Of a stretch of 64,000 bases of DNA, positions 48,113 through 60,840 are shown piece by piece; the first letter of the stretch is position 1; every line of letters begins with the position of its first letter. The notes beneath the pieces are model-generated. The model saw nothing but the letters and a program-made list of their open reading frames with translations. It did no database searches and was not told the origin of the DNA. The position numbers and the translations under genes are program-made. The stretch is taken from contig NC_091999.1 of NCBI RefSeq assembly GCF_044704955.1, positions 17,360,001 through 17,424,000 of the forward strand, given 5' to 3'. This DNA is from Pristiophorus japonicus (lineage: Eukaryota).

Positions 48113-51054
48113 TGTCTCCTGTGGGCTGAGGGGCACCTCCTGTATGGTAATGTGGGCTGCTCTGCATCCGCTGGAGCGAATGGTGGTCGTGCGTATCAGT
48201 GCCACTGATAAATAGCCATTATCAGGTGCTGGGGCCACCTCTACTCCAAACTCATTATCCCTCTCTGTTTGACTGTTTGGTTGGGGTTGTGGACTGCACT
48301 TACCCACCTTGGGGTACATTATCTCTATTACCGTAGGATATGGTGCTATGGCTGTGCTCTGCACTATCCATCTGGTCCTGTCTTTTTCTCTGCCAGCTTA
48401 TTTATCTTAGCTTCTAACTCTTGAATTTGATGTGTTTAAGTATCTATCTGTGCTCTGTAGCAGGCGAGTAAACATAGAAGCATAGAAACATAGAAACATA
48501 GAAAATAGGTGCAGGAGTAGGCCATTCGGCCCTTCTAGCCTTCACCGCCATTCAATGAGTTCATGGCTGAACATGCAACTTCAGTACCCCATTCCTGCTT
48601 TCTCACCATACCCTTTGATTCCCCTAGTAGTAAGGACTTCATCTAACTCCTTTTTGAATATATTTAGTGAATTGGCCTCAACAACTTTCTGTGGTCGAGA
48701 ATTCCACAGGTTCACCACTCTCTGGGTGAAGAAATTCCTCCTCATCTCGGTCCTAAATGGCTTCCGCCTTATCCTTAGACTGTGTCCCCTGGTTCTGGAC
48801 TTCCCCAACATTGGGAACATTCTTCCTGCATCTAACCTGTCTAACCCCGTCAGAATTTTAAACGTTTCTATGAGGTCCCCTCTCATTCTTCTGAACTCCA
48901 GTGAATACAAGCTCAGTTGATCCAGTCTTTCTTGATAGGTCAGTCCCGCCGTCCCGGGAATCAGTCTGGTGAACATTCGCTGCACTCCCTCAAATACAAG
49001 AATGTCCTTCCTCAGGTTTGGAGACCAAAACTGCACACAATACTCCAGGTGTGGCCTCACCAAGACCCTGTACAATTGTAACAACACCTCCCTGCCCCTG
49101 TACTCAAATCCCCTCGCTATGAAGGCCAACATGCCTTATTACATAGGCTTTCTTAGTTTTGTTTTCATTCTGAATATCCGCACATTTCTTCTGTCTGTCA
49201 GGTGAGTCTTTTTTCTTTTATTAAGAAATCCAAACTAATAATGTCCAGTATAAAACATCTTTCAATGGAAAGGGCTAACTCCACTACAGGTTTGTAAGAA
49301 GGTCTGGCGTCATTACGTGACTTCGGGTATCCATCTGAAAATATTTCCCCAAGTCTTTGTGCTTTCAAAACTTGATAAGAAATTAGGAATCCGTTAAAAT
49401 AGCAGAAATTATTGGTAAAGTTGTCAAAATAAAACCTTCTCAGCGGGAAAGGCAGCATTTTAGATTAACCTCCAATTTCTCATTAAACTCCAATTTCTCT
49501 ACACATCCAATTCAAATACGTGCCAACGAGTTTTTCATTGATTTAAAGCGAGACCACACATTTTAATAGCTATTTTGTTTACAGAAATCTAATTTCCATT
49601 CAATCTATATACATTCCAGCATTTTGTTTTTTTATTGTCCCGTTCACTGAGCAAATCTTGTGTTTTATTTTCTCTCGGCACAAAATCTAAACTTCGGTGC
49701 CGGTCCATCTTTTTAAGAATCCTGTAATTCCCAGTTTTTTCTTTCTGTGCTGAGTTCACATAGCTTAGATATTTTCCCCCTTTTGAATCTGAACTTAATA
49801 ATTTTTTGATGACCTTACTCCAGTCCATAGTTAAACATCTTTGTTTCTCTTCCTCGGCACAAAGCGTTGTCAGGTTTAACTCGTAAGTTTTTATATTTCA
49901 ACCAATATCCTTTTCACAGCCAATTTAAATGTCGTTTCTTCAAATTAGGTTTTGTATTTTGATGATCTTCCTCCAGTCCATTTTGCTCAACATCTTTGTT
50001 TCTCTGCAGCTTTCAATGTAAAATTTCTATCTTTTGATAAATATAAACTGTCCTTTGTAAATTCAATTTGATATCCAACATTTTTCTTTTCTTTTATTAA
50101 TTTTCCATTTATCTCAGCAAGCATTTTATCCCACTGGCCAGTTTTCCTAGGATCCTGGGGTCCCACCCCACGGTTTAGGTTGTATTCCTTCTTGTTTGCA
50201 CTGCACACGATCAATACCAGCTTCACTGTGTTATTACCACGTCATGCTTCAGGACATACGCCTTATATTTCCCATAACGATCGCTGGGGTCTACTTCCCC
50301 TGTGGTTGCATTCCTTCTTTTTCAGGCATATACCTATCCCACCCTTGGTTTTCAGCCATCTGTGGTTCGTTATAAGTTGTCCTGCAGCTGACCCCTTCTA
50401 ATTCTTTATCCAAATTAGCTCCTTCCCCGTCAATGCTACAGCTGCATGTGGTAAAAAAAACATGCTCACTATAATTTAGCTGTCACGTGAACCAGGTCGG
50501 AAGGTCTGCATCCGGTTCATGACGCCAAATGTTGGGTTTAGAAAGGAGGCTTCTCTTCTTCGACGTGGACTAACTGATATAGTTCATCGAAACCTCACCT
50601 TTCTCCCACTGTATAACGACCACGGAAGTGAACACACGAAATCCCAGCATCAACTGGCCTTTATTACGAGCAATTGCAAGGGAAGGTTCAGTCGTGGAAC
50701 CTCCGAAATAAAACAGTTTTCAAGCATAACTTATGCAGGTTTTGGAAGGAGCTATCCTCCTGCAAAATCATCGATAGGTCTATTGATATCAGCGAAATTA
50801 CATTGATTTGTCGACACTTATCCGACGGACTCTGAGTGGTAAATGCAACAGTCCATCTCTCATCATTGTTTTGTTCCATTTTTCCCTCTACCCCAGTCTA
50901 TCCGACGGTTAGAGTGGCTGTACTTGCTTATTTATCTCTTCCTCAGGGACGTAGAAAAACTGCTGACCGGCTGTTTAAGTATTAGAGAGGTTACGGATTC
51001 AGTTCAATGCGTTATACATTTGCGCTGTACCTACATAAGCAATTGTTAGCTACA
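48113..51054 (-). mobile_element. ERV-like remnant: LTR (~50530-51054), tRNA-Ser(CGA)-type PBS and decayed leader/gag, interrupted by a CR1
   Basis: ...CCCAACA-TT-TGGCGTCATGAACCGGAT (50510-50527; 16/18 to TGGCGTCACGAACAGGAT); minus-strand AATAAA at 50660; coiled-coil then Pro-rich gag-like translation at 48115-48470. Confidence 0.7.
48471..49135 (-). mobile_element. CR1 3' fragment, young subfamily (near-identical to 11431-12085)
   Basis: ORF 48581-49132 and (TTTCTATG)n tail. Confidence 0.93.
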
Positions 51055-51059
51055 TAGCA

Positions 51060-52540
51060 ATTATAAGTTCAATACCTTCTTCATAATTCTGACCTCCTAT
51101 TTGCAACCTTATAATTTATCCCTTGAAGGGGTCGATGCAAAGCCTCCATCATTGTTCCCCATGAGTCCTCTAATTGTTTGGTGAGACGTTTATTCTCTCT
51201 GCTTAGATCGTCTTTTTAAATCTCAAGATTTCCTAATTGTTTACATTGCAGCCCCTACGTGAATTGCATTGATACTCTGCTGTTGCATTACTGCAGTAGC
51301 TGAGGCAAATTGACTCTGCAAATTCACAATTTTCTGTTTAATGTCTGAATCTATTTTCTGCAATTCTTCATTCTTAGCCGAATTTTTTTTCCAGTTCTGA
51401 TATTTTATCCTCTAATTCTTTCTTGACCTTTGATTGACGTCCTGCGAAGTACGAAGCTGCATAGGTGACTAGACTCATCGCCTTACCCAGCTTCCATTTC
51501 TTAGCTTTAATCTGTTCATCAATAAAAGTGACCATATCCTTCAGGGATACATTCGGATTCTTCCCTAGGCAATCTAGCAACGGTGTCTGCACTTGCGTTT
51601 CGTCACATCTTTTTTCTATATTTTTCTGATACTCTTCCAAGAGACATTCCTCCGGCATCTGAAAATTAATTATTTTTAAGTAAGCTTCCTTAATGAAGAT
51701 AACAGTCACTAGCAGTTGACGTAAATCAACCTTACACAAGATTTGATCGGTGATCAAACGCTCTGCCTTGCATCTGCTGGTGATACATAACAACTTGTTT
51801 TCAAATAGACAGAAAAAATTACAAGAGTTCCCGATTAACTTGATTATTGAGTATATTGCATTTTGTTCAATATCTCTTTGTTTTGTTCCTTCGTGGTCGC
51901 CAGATGTAGTTTTTATCCAATGAGCAGCTTTTTGCCGCTTTGCTAACTATAGCAATTCAGCTATTTTCAGGGTATATATTTAATTCAAACTGGGAGACTC
52001 TTGTTAAGATCATACCAAATGCTTTTAATACAGGTATAGTGAGTAAAAACAGTGTTTTGTCAAGTAAATTACATTCTGTTACAAAAATAATACTTAACAA
52101 ATTATAGTCACAGCCTAATTCACCATAGCGTCCTCTCGAGCTGACCGTGGTGCCGACTCCTTATCTCCTGTTCGCTTGATTCGTACTGCATTCTGAGTAG
52201 AAGAGCTGTTACTTTTTACCATTTTTCTCCCATTCAAAAGATGTGAAAATTTACAGCTGTTGTAGCCTTACAATAGATCATGTTATCTATTGCCTTTGAC
52301 TTTCTATGTTATCTCTATCTCCCTCCCTCTCTGTGGCAAGAATCACTTCTCTGAGAACAATTATACAGACCATGGTCACACAGAATTCATTACTGAGCTT
52401 GGCTTTACAAAAATATGACAAGAACTGGTACGCAATTTATACCTTTATGTTATTGATTAATAATTTTGGCCTTGATCTTTCTATTTCTAAATGAAGCTTC
52501 ATCGGCAGTTACAAAAATGGATAAAATAATAACGACTCAA
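51060..52540 (-). mobile_element. Second ERV-like remnant: LTR (from 51905), tRNA-Arg(TCG)-type PBS and coiled-coil ORF
   Basis: ...AACTACA-TC-TGGCGACCACGAAGGAAC (51885-51902; 17/18 to TGGCGACCACGAAGGGAC); ORF from MPEECLL to KVKKELEDKISELEKK. Confidence 0.65.
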
Positions 52541-52589
52541 TTTAACATGATGCTTTGTTCATGTGTGGAAATGTGTAAGTATGGTTATG

Positions 52590-53210
52590 TCGAAATGTTT
52601 GTTTATGTTGAGGTGTAAGTGTGTTTGAGTTTTAGTGTAACATTGTGTTTACATGTAAGTGTGTGTGTGTGTGTTTTGTGTTAGTCTGTGCTTGGATTTA
52701 TATGCATGTTCATGCTTGTGTAAGTGTGTTGAGGTGTGTGTTTTCCTGTAAGTGTATGGTTATGTCTCAATGTTGTTCATGTTTAGGTATAAGTCTGTGT
52801 GTGTTTGTGTGTGTATGTTTCGTGTAAGTGTGTGTTTTGATTGATGCGTGTGTATAAGTGCAATAGTATGTTTGCATGTAAGCATGTGTGTGTTTTGTGT
52901 AAATCTGTATTTGGATTGATGCGTTCGATTACGAGTGTGTGTGTGTTTTGTGCAAGTCTGTGTGTGGATTGACGTGTGTATTTATCTGTGTGTAAGTCTG
53001 TTTGTGTGTTTTGTGTAAGTGTGTGTGTGGATTGATGTGTGTGGTTATGTGTGTGTAAGTGTTTGTGTGCTTTGTGTAAATGTGTGTGTGGATTGATGTA
53101 TGTGTTGATATGTGTGTAAATGTGTGTAAGTGTGTTTTCTATAAGTGTGTGTCTGGATTGATATGTGTGTCTATGTTTGTGGAACTGTGTATAAGTTTCC
53201 ATTGTGTTAG
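52590..53210. repeat. TG-rich low-complexity / degenerate minisatellite
   Basis: Recurrent gtgtaagtgtgtgtgtg/ttttgtg/gattga motifs. Confidence 0.85.
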
Positions 53211-54128
53211 TGTACGTTTCGATTGACGTGTATTATTGCTGTTGTTCAAAGTTTCATAGAGTACCAATAACTGGATTTGACAATGAAGGTTTTCATTATA
53301 TTCTAGTTATGTATAATATTATGTGTCAGGTTGTTAGTATGTCTTTATATGTAAGTCTATGTGTGTTTATGTGTAATTGTGCACTTACACAAAAACACAA
53401 ACTTATACAAAATCATCAAAACACTTACATGTGAACACACACAAACTCATATTCACATGTATTCTCCTCTGCTCTGTGTAAATGTGTTCTGTGTGAGGCG
53501 CAACGTGACATCAGCCGAACGAATGCAACAATTCAACCGATGGGCTTCAGCAACATCAGGGACACAACTGTGAGAAACCCGCAGTGGATTCAGTCACCAG
53601 TTGAGACATGGCCCATTAGAATTCAACATGTTAGTTTACAATTAACAGGGACTGTTGCATCCCCAACCCTATTTAAAAATATTACGTGGAATAAATAGTT
53701 ATTTCAGAATATAATACTCATATGGCAAGTTTACAATCTTTAGATCATGGGTTAGAATGTACGATGGCAACTTACTGCATTTAAAAGATGATGGTTCACT
53801 TCCCATCTCCCTGCGGAAGGGGCAGTGGGGGTTACATGAATTACACGTTTCCCTTTCTCCTCTCGCTGGTGCGTGTGAGAGGTACAGTGAGTTAAAATGA
53901 CACTTTACTCCCTCTCAGCTGAAGTTACCTTCAGGAATCCTGTAATGAGAGAACTCCACCCAGTTTCTAACTCATGCTGTATCTGAGCTGGGAGCGCTGG
54001 CTGTACAAGCCTTGGGACCGAGATCCGCAAACACCCTACTTCAGATAAACAGACCTCACATTGTCCAAAATAGGAAACATAATTAATTGAGTGGCTGTGT
54101 GTTTAACTCACGATTGGAAGAAAAGCCC

Positions 54129-54190
54129 TTTATTGTTTTTTATTTAAGAACTGAAATGCAATCGAGACATTCTCATTGACAAGAGTGACG
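54129..54190 (-). pseudogene. IGHM: Distal end of IgM secretory tailpiece (SCQ-stop) with poly(A) signals
   Basis: Minus strand reads cgtcac TCT TGT CAA TGA, then AATAAA twice (54139-54144, 54129-54134). Confidence 0.75.
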
Positions 54191-56100
54191 AAGAAAGCAA
54201 TAAAGAAAGGAAAGATCGATTATGCAAAACATGAAAACGGATATTAAAGCTTTTACAGATATGCAAAACGGAAAAGAGTGACTAAAGTAAAAGTTGGTCC
54301 CTTAGAAGATGAGAAGGGAGTTTTAATAATGGGAAATGTGGAAATGGCTGAGAGCTTAAACAATTATTTTGCTTCGGTCTCCACAGTGGAAGACACAAAA
54401 ACCATGCCATAAATTGCTGGTCAAAGGAATGTGGGAAGGGAGGACCTTGAGACAATCACTATCACTAGGGGGGTAGTGCTGGACAGGCTAATGGGACTCA
54501 AGGTAGACAAGTCCCCTGGTCCTGATGAAATGCATCCCAGGGTATTATAATAGATGGCGGAAGTTATAGCAGATGCATTCGTTATAATCCACCAAAACTC
54601 TCTGGACTCTGGGGAGGTACCAGCGGATTGGAAAGCAGCTAATGTAAAACTTCTGTTTAAACAAGTGGGCAGACAAAAGGCAGGTAACTATAGGCCGGTT
54701 AGTTTAACATCTGTAGTGGGGAAAATGCTTGAAACTATCATTAAGGAATAAATAGCGGGACATCTAGATTGGAATAGTGCAATCAAGCAGACGCAGCATG
54801 GATTCATGAAGGGGTAATCATGTTTAACTAATTTACTGGAATTCTTTGAGGAGATAACGAGCATGGTGGATACAGGTGTACCGATGGATGTGGTGTATTA
54901 GATTTTCAAAAGGCATTCGATAAGGTCCCACACAAAAGGTTACTGCAGAAGATAACGGTACGCGGAGTCAGAGGAAATGTATTAGCATGGATAGAGAATT
55001 GGCTGGCTAACAGAAAACAGAGAGTCGCGATGAATGGGTCCTTTTCGTGTATAAAATCAGTGGTTAGTGGTGTGCCACAGGGATCGGTGCTGGGACTGCA
55101 ACTGTTTACAATATACATAGATGACCTGGAAGAGGGGATAGAGTGCAGTGTAACAAAATTTGCAGATGACACAAAGATTAAAGGGAAAGCGGGTTGTGCA
55201 GAGGACACAGAAAGGCTGCAAAGAGATTTAGATAGGTTAAGCGAATGGGGCAAGGTTTGCCAGATGGAATACAATGTCGGAAAGTGTGAGGTCATCCACC
55301 TTGAGGAAAAAAAACAGTAAAGGGGAATATTATTTGAATGGGGAGAAATTATAACATGCTGCGATGCAGAGGGACCTGGGAGTCCTTGTCCATGGATCCC
55401 AAGATGTTAGTTTGCAGGTGCAGCAGGTAATCAGGAACGCGAATGGAATGTTGGCCTTCATTGCCAGAGGGATGGAGTACAAAAGCAGGGAGGTCCTTCT
55501 GCAACTGTAAAGGGTGTTGGTGAGGCCGCACCTGGAGTACTGCGTGCAGTTTTGGTCACCTTACTTAAGGAAGTATATACTAGCTTTGGAGGGGGTACAG
55601 AGACGATTCACGAGGCTGATTCAGGAGATGAGGGGGTTACCTTATAATGATAGATTGAGTAGACTGGGTCTTTACTCGTTGGAGTTCAGAAGGATGAGTG
55701 GTGATCGATAGAAACATTTAAAACAATGAAAGGCATAGACAAGATAGAGGCAGTGGGGGTGTTTCCACTTGTCGGGGAGACTAGAACTAGGGGGCACAGC
55801 CTCAAAATACGGGGGAGCCAATTTAAAACTGAGTTGAGAAGGAATTTCTTCTCCCACAGAGTTGTGAATCTGTGGAATTCTCTCCAAAGGGGAGGAATTG
55901 AGGATAGCTCATTGAATGTATTCAATTCACAGATAGATAGATTTTTAACCAATAAGGGAATTAAGGGTTATGGGGAGCGGGCGGGTAAGTGGAGCTGAGT
56001 CCACGACCAGATCAGCCATGATCTTGTTGAATGGCGGAACAGGCTCGAGAGGCTAGATGGCCTACTCCTGTTCCTAATTTTTATGTTCTTATGTTCTTAT
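54191..56100 (+). mobile_element. CR1 LINE inserted in the IgM tailpiece, TSD TGACG
   Basis: RT motifs NYRPVSLTS, GVPQGSVLG and FADDTK; (TTCTTATG)n tail; tgacg at 54186-54190 and 56100-56104. Confidence 0.93.
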
Positions 56101-56464
56101 GACGTTGTCCATCAGAACAAGGGAAATGCTTTACCACTCGATTTATTGACGGTTCTGTTGGTGATTATCAATGGGATCGCTTGATGTCCCACCACACAGG
56201 ATTGAGAGGCGCCGCTGGCCCACTCCTCGGCTGCAATGGATAGCAGACTGTACATGAAGAAGGAGCTGCTGCCGTTCTCCGCCATCACCTCGGTGTTCTT
56301 GTAGTTGCCGGAATCCACCGGCTTGTCATTGACGGTCCATTTGATGAAGATCTCTCGGGGGGAGAAACCTCTCACTAAGCAGGTGAGGCTGACCAACCTC
56401 TGAGCAGAGACTTCTTCTGCCGAGGGCAGGAGGACAGACATGGCCGGTTCCCGCGGATCATTCG
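56101..56464 (-). pseudogene. IGHM: IgM heavy-chain Cmu4 exon plus proximal secretory tail
   Basis: Acceptor ttctacag|. [38 protein letters not shown]...[33 protein letters not shown] resembles shark Cmu4. Internal donor G|GTAAAG at 56135/56134; the tail remnant ISLVLMDNV is out of frame. Confidence 0.9.
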
Positions 56465-57381
56465 CTGTAGAACAGTTACAACAAAGGCCAATGAACTGGA
56501 TAGTTCCAGAGACAATGGGGGAATTTCACCCCAGTACAGCGGGCGGGTTTTGGGCGTGGAGGTTGTTAAATTGGTAAAAATCAGAATCCCGACCTCAACT
56601 CGCCAACTTCCGGTTGTAATATTATATTTGAGTAATATATTTAAATGAGATTGGAATCCTCTATTTTAACCACCATTTGGTGTTTAACTGTCGCTGGTCC
56701 GGCTTGACACACTGTGTAAATCTGAGCAGGTGCAGCAAGGCGGGGATTGCTGCACCCAGGTGGTAATTGCCCTTACACCTACCTCCTGGATCCAGGGTCC
56801 CTGCCTAACCCATCGCCCGCGATCCGCAACCTCCTCACTCGGCTTCCAATCCTCCCGTTCTCACTGGTGGCCTGTGAGACCAACGCCCACAACTCGCTTT
56901 CTTCATTTAAATTCAGCCAATTTCCGGTGGTTAGATGTGAGAGAAATGGACACTGCGTTGAATTTTAACGCTTTTCCTTTTCCCCTCTGTTGCCTCTCTG
57001 GTTTTCCATCCCTTATCAGAGGGAACGTAATCTTTCTCTCTGAAATCTTGAAGCGTTGGACTGGAAAATGACATAGAATTTAATGCACAGAACGAGGAGA
57101 TTTGGCCAACTGGTCTATGCCAGTGTTTATGATCCACACAAGCCTCCTCCGAGCCCACTTCATCTGAACCTAATAATATACCCTTCTATTTCTTTCTCGC
57201 TCATGGACTTATCCAGTTTCCCCTAAAATACATAATGTCAGGTCCCAGAGTGCTGAGTTGGTGGAATTAGCAACCTGAATGATCAGAGTAGCCATTAAAC
57301 ACTTTATATAATCAATTGGCCCTTGCACACGCATCGAAATTGTCGCAGTGTCTCAATTATTGCAACAATCTCCCCGCTCAC

Positions 57382-57689
57382 CCTTTTCCTTGTGGATGGA
57401 ATCAATGATCGGAGTCGGCATTTCCTGATGGCTCACCACGCAATAGAACTTATCCCCACTCAGCCAAACTTGTGTCGAGATGTTTAAGTTGCTGATCACA
57501 CTGTTGGGATCCTCTCCGGGTTGGACGGCAATCTCTGATTTCAAAGTCTCGTTTTTTCGGGTCCAGGTCACGGTGAGCCCATAAGGAGTGTCAGACACGA
57601 CGCACGTTAAGGTCACCGTCGCCTCCAGTAAAACCTATTCCAGTGACGGTGGGCGAAGAGTGATTTTTAATCGCTGCATGGGACATCCA
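57382..57689 (-). pseudogene. IGHM: IgM heavy-chain Cmu3 exon (frameshift plus stop)
   Basis: Acceptor tttcgcag| and donor G|[57 protein letters not shown]; TAG at 57635-57637 and a frameshift near 57668. Confidence 0.9.
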
Positions 57690-58394
57690 CTGCGAAACAG
57701 GAATGAAAGTCAGGAAAAGCCGCATCTTCAGAATCAGGACACCAATAATTAGCCTTAACTCTTTCAAGGGGAATAATTCACTTTTGGGATATCAACCTCT
57801 CGCTATTGCTTGAACACCGTCGTTATGGAAGGACAATGAATTGGCAACGATTCCGGGAGGTCTGTAATATTTCCTGTGTATTTGAGCCAGTGCCACCTGT
57901 AATGGGCTGTGAAGCAAATACCTGGCGTAAAATGGGAATAAATTGGGACACAATTGTGATAGGCACTGAATAGCGCTCTTCCTGAAATCCCTTGCTCCTT
58001 TACGCCCGTCTATAGATTCTTGCACCCAAGTGCATCTCCACTGGTTATAATAGCTGAAGCCCGAATAGCCCCAAGTTCAAGAGGTCTACACCAGCATTAT
58101 ACTGATTCAAAACCAGTGTCAAATTAATTTCAGGATTTATGGGACAACAGGAAACAAAGTTAAGTTTCTAGTCTTTTGCTGCTATTTTTGTTGCGATGAA
58201 AATGTGCAGGAACCAGTCACATCCCCCGTCAGAGGAGAAGTGCAAGGTCCGGAGAATGGAGTTGCAAGGAATCTTTTGTGGTGGGTCATCATTTGTAATG
58301 ATGTGAGGTAGTTTGTTAATATCTGTAATTACTGAACATTTATCATGTCTGGTGAGAGAGATTCAGAAAGCACGATGACCTCAGGGCATTAATA

Positions 58395-58880
58395 GCAACA
58401 TAGGAATAGGAGAAGGCCATTCAGTCCATCCATCCTGTCCCGCCATCCAGTTAGATCATGGCTGATCAACACTCAACACCATCTTCACGCCTTGGTTATG
58501 CAACCCATGATAAACTTGCCGAACAAAAATCTATTTATCTCAGTTTTCAACGTTTCAATTGAAAGCAAGTGTCAGCAGCTTTTGGGGAGGGAAATCCCGA
58601 CTTGCACAATTCTTCCTGTGAGAAAATCCTTTCTGACATCACCTCTGCACGGCCTAACTCTAATGTTAAGGTTCTGCTATTTGTTCTGGACTCTCCCATC
58701 AAACTAAATAAAAGTTTCTATATCTACTCGATACAATTCCATTTATCAACTTAAACACGTCAATTGGATCATCTCTTAACGTTCTATACTCGCCACCTGA
58801 TCATTTTGCATTATTAGCCCCGGTATAATTCGGGTAAACCTGCAGTTTAGCACCTCCACGTATATCCTTCCTCAGGTGCG
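58395..58880 (-). mobile_element. Old CR1 3' fragment
   Basis: cataggaataggagaaggccattcag...gatcatggctgatc tail motif. Confidence 0.6.
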
Positions 58881-58889
58881 GAGCCCAGA

Positions 58890-59411
58890 ATCCAGGAGGA
58901 TTTCCTGGAGTGCATAAGGGATGGTTTTTTAGACCAATATGTCGAGGAACCAACTAGGGGGGAGGCCATCTTAGACTGGGTGTTGTGTAATGAGAGAGGA
59001 TTAATTAGCAATCTCGTTGTGCGATGCGCCTTGGGGAAGAGTGACCATAATATGGTGGAATTCTGCATTAGGATGGACAATGAAACAGTTAATTCAGAGA
59101 CCATGGTCCAGAACTTAAAGAAGGATAACTTTGAAGGTATGAGGCGTGAATTGGCTAGGATAGATTGGCGAATGATACTTAAGGGGTTGACTGTGGATGG
59201 GCAATGGCAGACATTTACAGACCGCATGGATGAACTACAACAATTGTACATTCCTGTCTGGCGTAAAAATAAAAAAGGGAAGGTGGCTCAACCATGGCTA
59301 TCAAGGGAAATCATGGATAGTATTAAAGCCAAGGAAGTGGCATACAAATTGGCCAGAAATAGCAGCGAACCCGGGGACTGGGAGAAATTTAGAACTCAGC
59401 AGAGGAGGACA
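58890..59411 (+). mobile_element. CR1 endonuclease fragment, near-identical to 13362-13862 (inverted)
   Basis: EEPTRGEAILDWVLCNE...GKSDHNMVEF. Confidence 0.9.
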
Positions 59412-59639
59412 GTAAAATATAGCCTAATTTACAATTCTGGTGTATTCATGTCCCACAACTCCAGAGTCCAATTAAAAGGACTTCAAAAACCCCATTTCCA
59501 GTAATATACGGCCGACGCACTGGCAGCATGCTTCAAGAGTGAAAAACAATCTCGGGGTCCTGGTTGATAGTGGCTGCTGATTTTTGTTTTACATCATTCC
59601 AATTGCTCCACCTCATCCTACCTCACAGTACTCCTCAGT

Positions 59640-60840
59640 TGTTGATGTGGAAAGAAACTACCCTGGGTCGTGGGCAGGTTATGATGTGAGAAAGTTTATT
59701 ACAAGCATGCAGGGGAGAGAATATTAGCAAAGACTCTCTCCGATAAACAATTACATCAGGTTTTATAAATGATTGTGCGGAAGTGTAAGCTTGACAATTT
59801 ACAATGATAAAAAACATCTATATATATCTGTGACTAGCAGCTGTTCAACTGTTGGCTCTGCCCATGTGACTGGTTAATGTCTACGCCCATGTCTCTTCCA
59901 AAGCAAGATCAGAGTCTCGCACGTAGGCTTTGGAAGATGCCCTCCGTTATCTCAAATGTTTCAGTTTCAAGACATTTACATCTCACGTTCTGTGGTTCTT
60001 CAACCACCATATCTGAAGTCACAAGTTGAACTTTCTGTCCTTTGTTCTAAACTGCTAAGCCTGCAGTTTTAACATGTTTAGCTTACAAATGGCCAAACGA
60101 AACGTCATGCCTTACGATGACAATAGCTTGTTACTAACATAGCTACAGCATCCATTAAAATGTCATTCTCACTTGCACGTGATGGAATAATCACAGGTTC
60201 TAAACAAATCAGCACATTAAGAAATGCTACTATCCTATTAGCGCTTTAAGGCAGCTCCAGACCCTCGAGAACGCCACATCAGCTTTTTCTCAACATGTAT
60301 ATAATATATTACAATCATCGTAAGTTACATTTATTCTGAAACTCCACCATTTATTTTGAATTTGCATCAATTATCATACTGATCAAAAAAATTAATGTTG
60401 AATTTGTAAAATTTACGCCACAATTTAAGCAAGTGGTACATTGTATCGTCAACAAGCTCTACAACGTTGGACAACTGCTGTGAAGCTGATGGACTGATGG
60501 TCGTTGCAGGTTCTTTCAAGTCCTCCATTTCAATTCTTGCATTTTGCCCATATCCGCACAGTGTACTGCCCTGCTTTGGTTTCAAAGGGACAAGAGAATA
60601 TTCCAGAACAAGTCCCATTTGTGAATCCCTCTCCATTCCCCTGCCCAGTGTCCAGTACGGCAAGTTGGTGATTGGTTCGCAGAAATAATGAGCATCATAA
60701 CAGTGGGAATATCTCCAACAAGGTTTAGACATATATAGAGTTACATACATATAATGGCCAGGAGTTTCCGTGGCATTTAATGCATACATGGTGCCTATGT
60801 GGCCATAAGTACCACGCAAGTTCCAGCTTTCTGGAAGTGA
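59640..60840 (-). mobile_element. Possible retroviral 3' fragment: orphan ORF plus LTR-like end
   Basis: Cys/aromatic-rich ORF ending 60367, TATATATA ~59820, AATAAA ~59695 and terminal ...CAACA at 59640. Confidence 0.35.

Noticed and set aside
52783-53202. 139-aa His/Thr-rich ORF
   Set aside because: It is a translation of the (CA)-rich low-complexity strand.
54382-54403. Perfect RSS heptamer CACAGTG and nonamer ACAAAAACC near the IgM exons
   Set aside because: The spacer is 6 nt rather than 12 or 23, and the motif lies within CR1 ORF2 coding sequence, so it is coincidental.
56515-56920. Possible MITE in the Cmu3-Cmu4 intron (similar candidates ~57960-58080 and ~60840-61230)
   Set aside because: Only short imperfect terminal matches are visible and there is no TSD, so boundaries cannot be supported without a repeat library.
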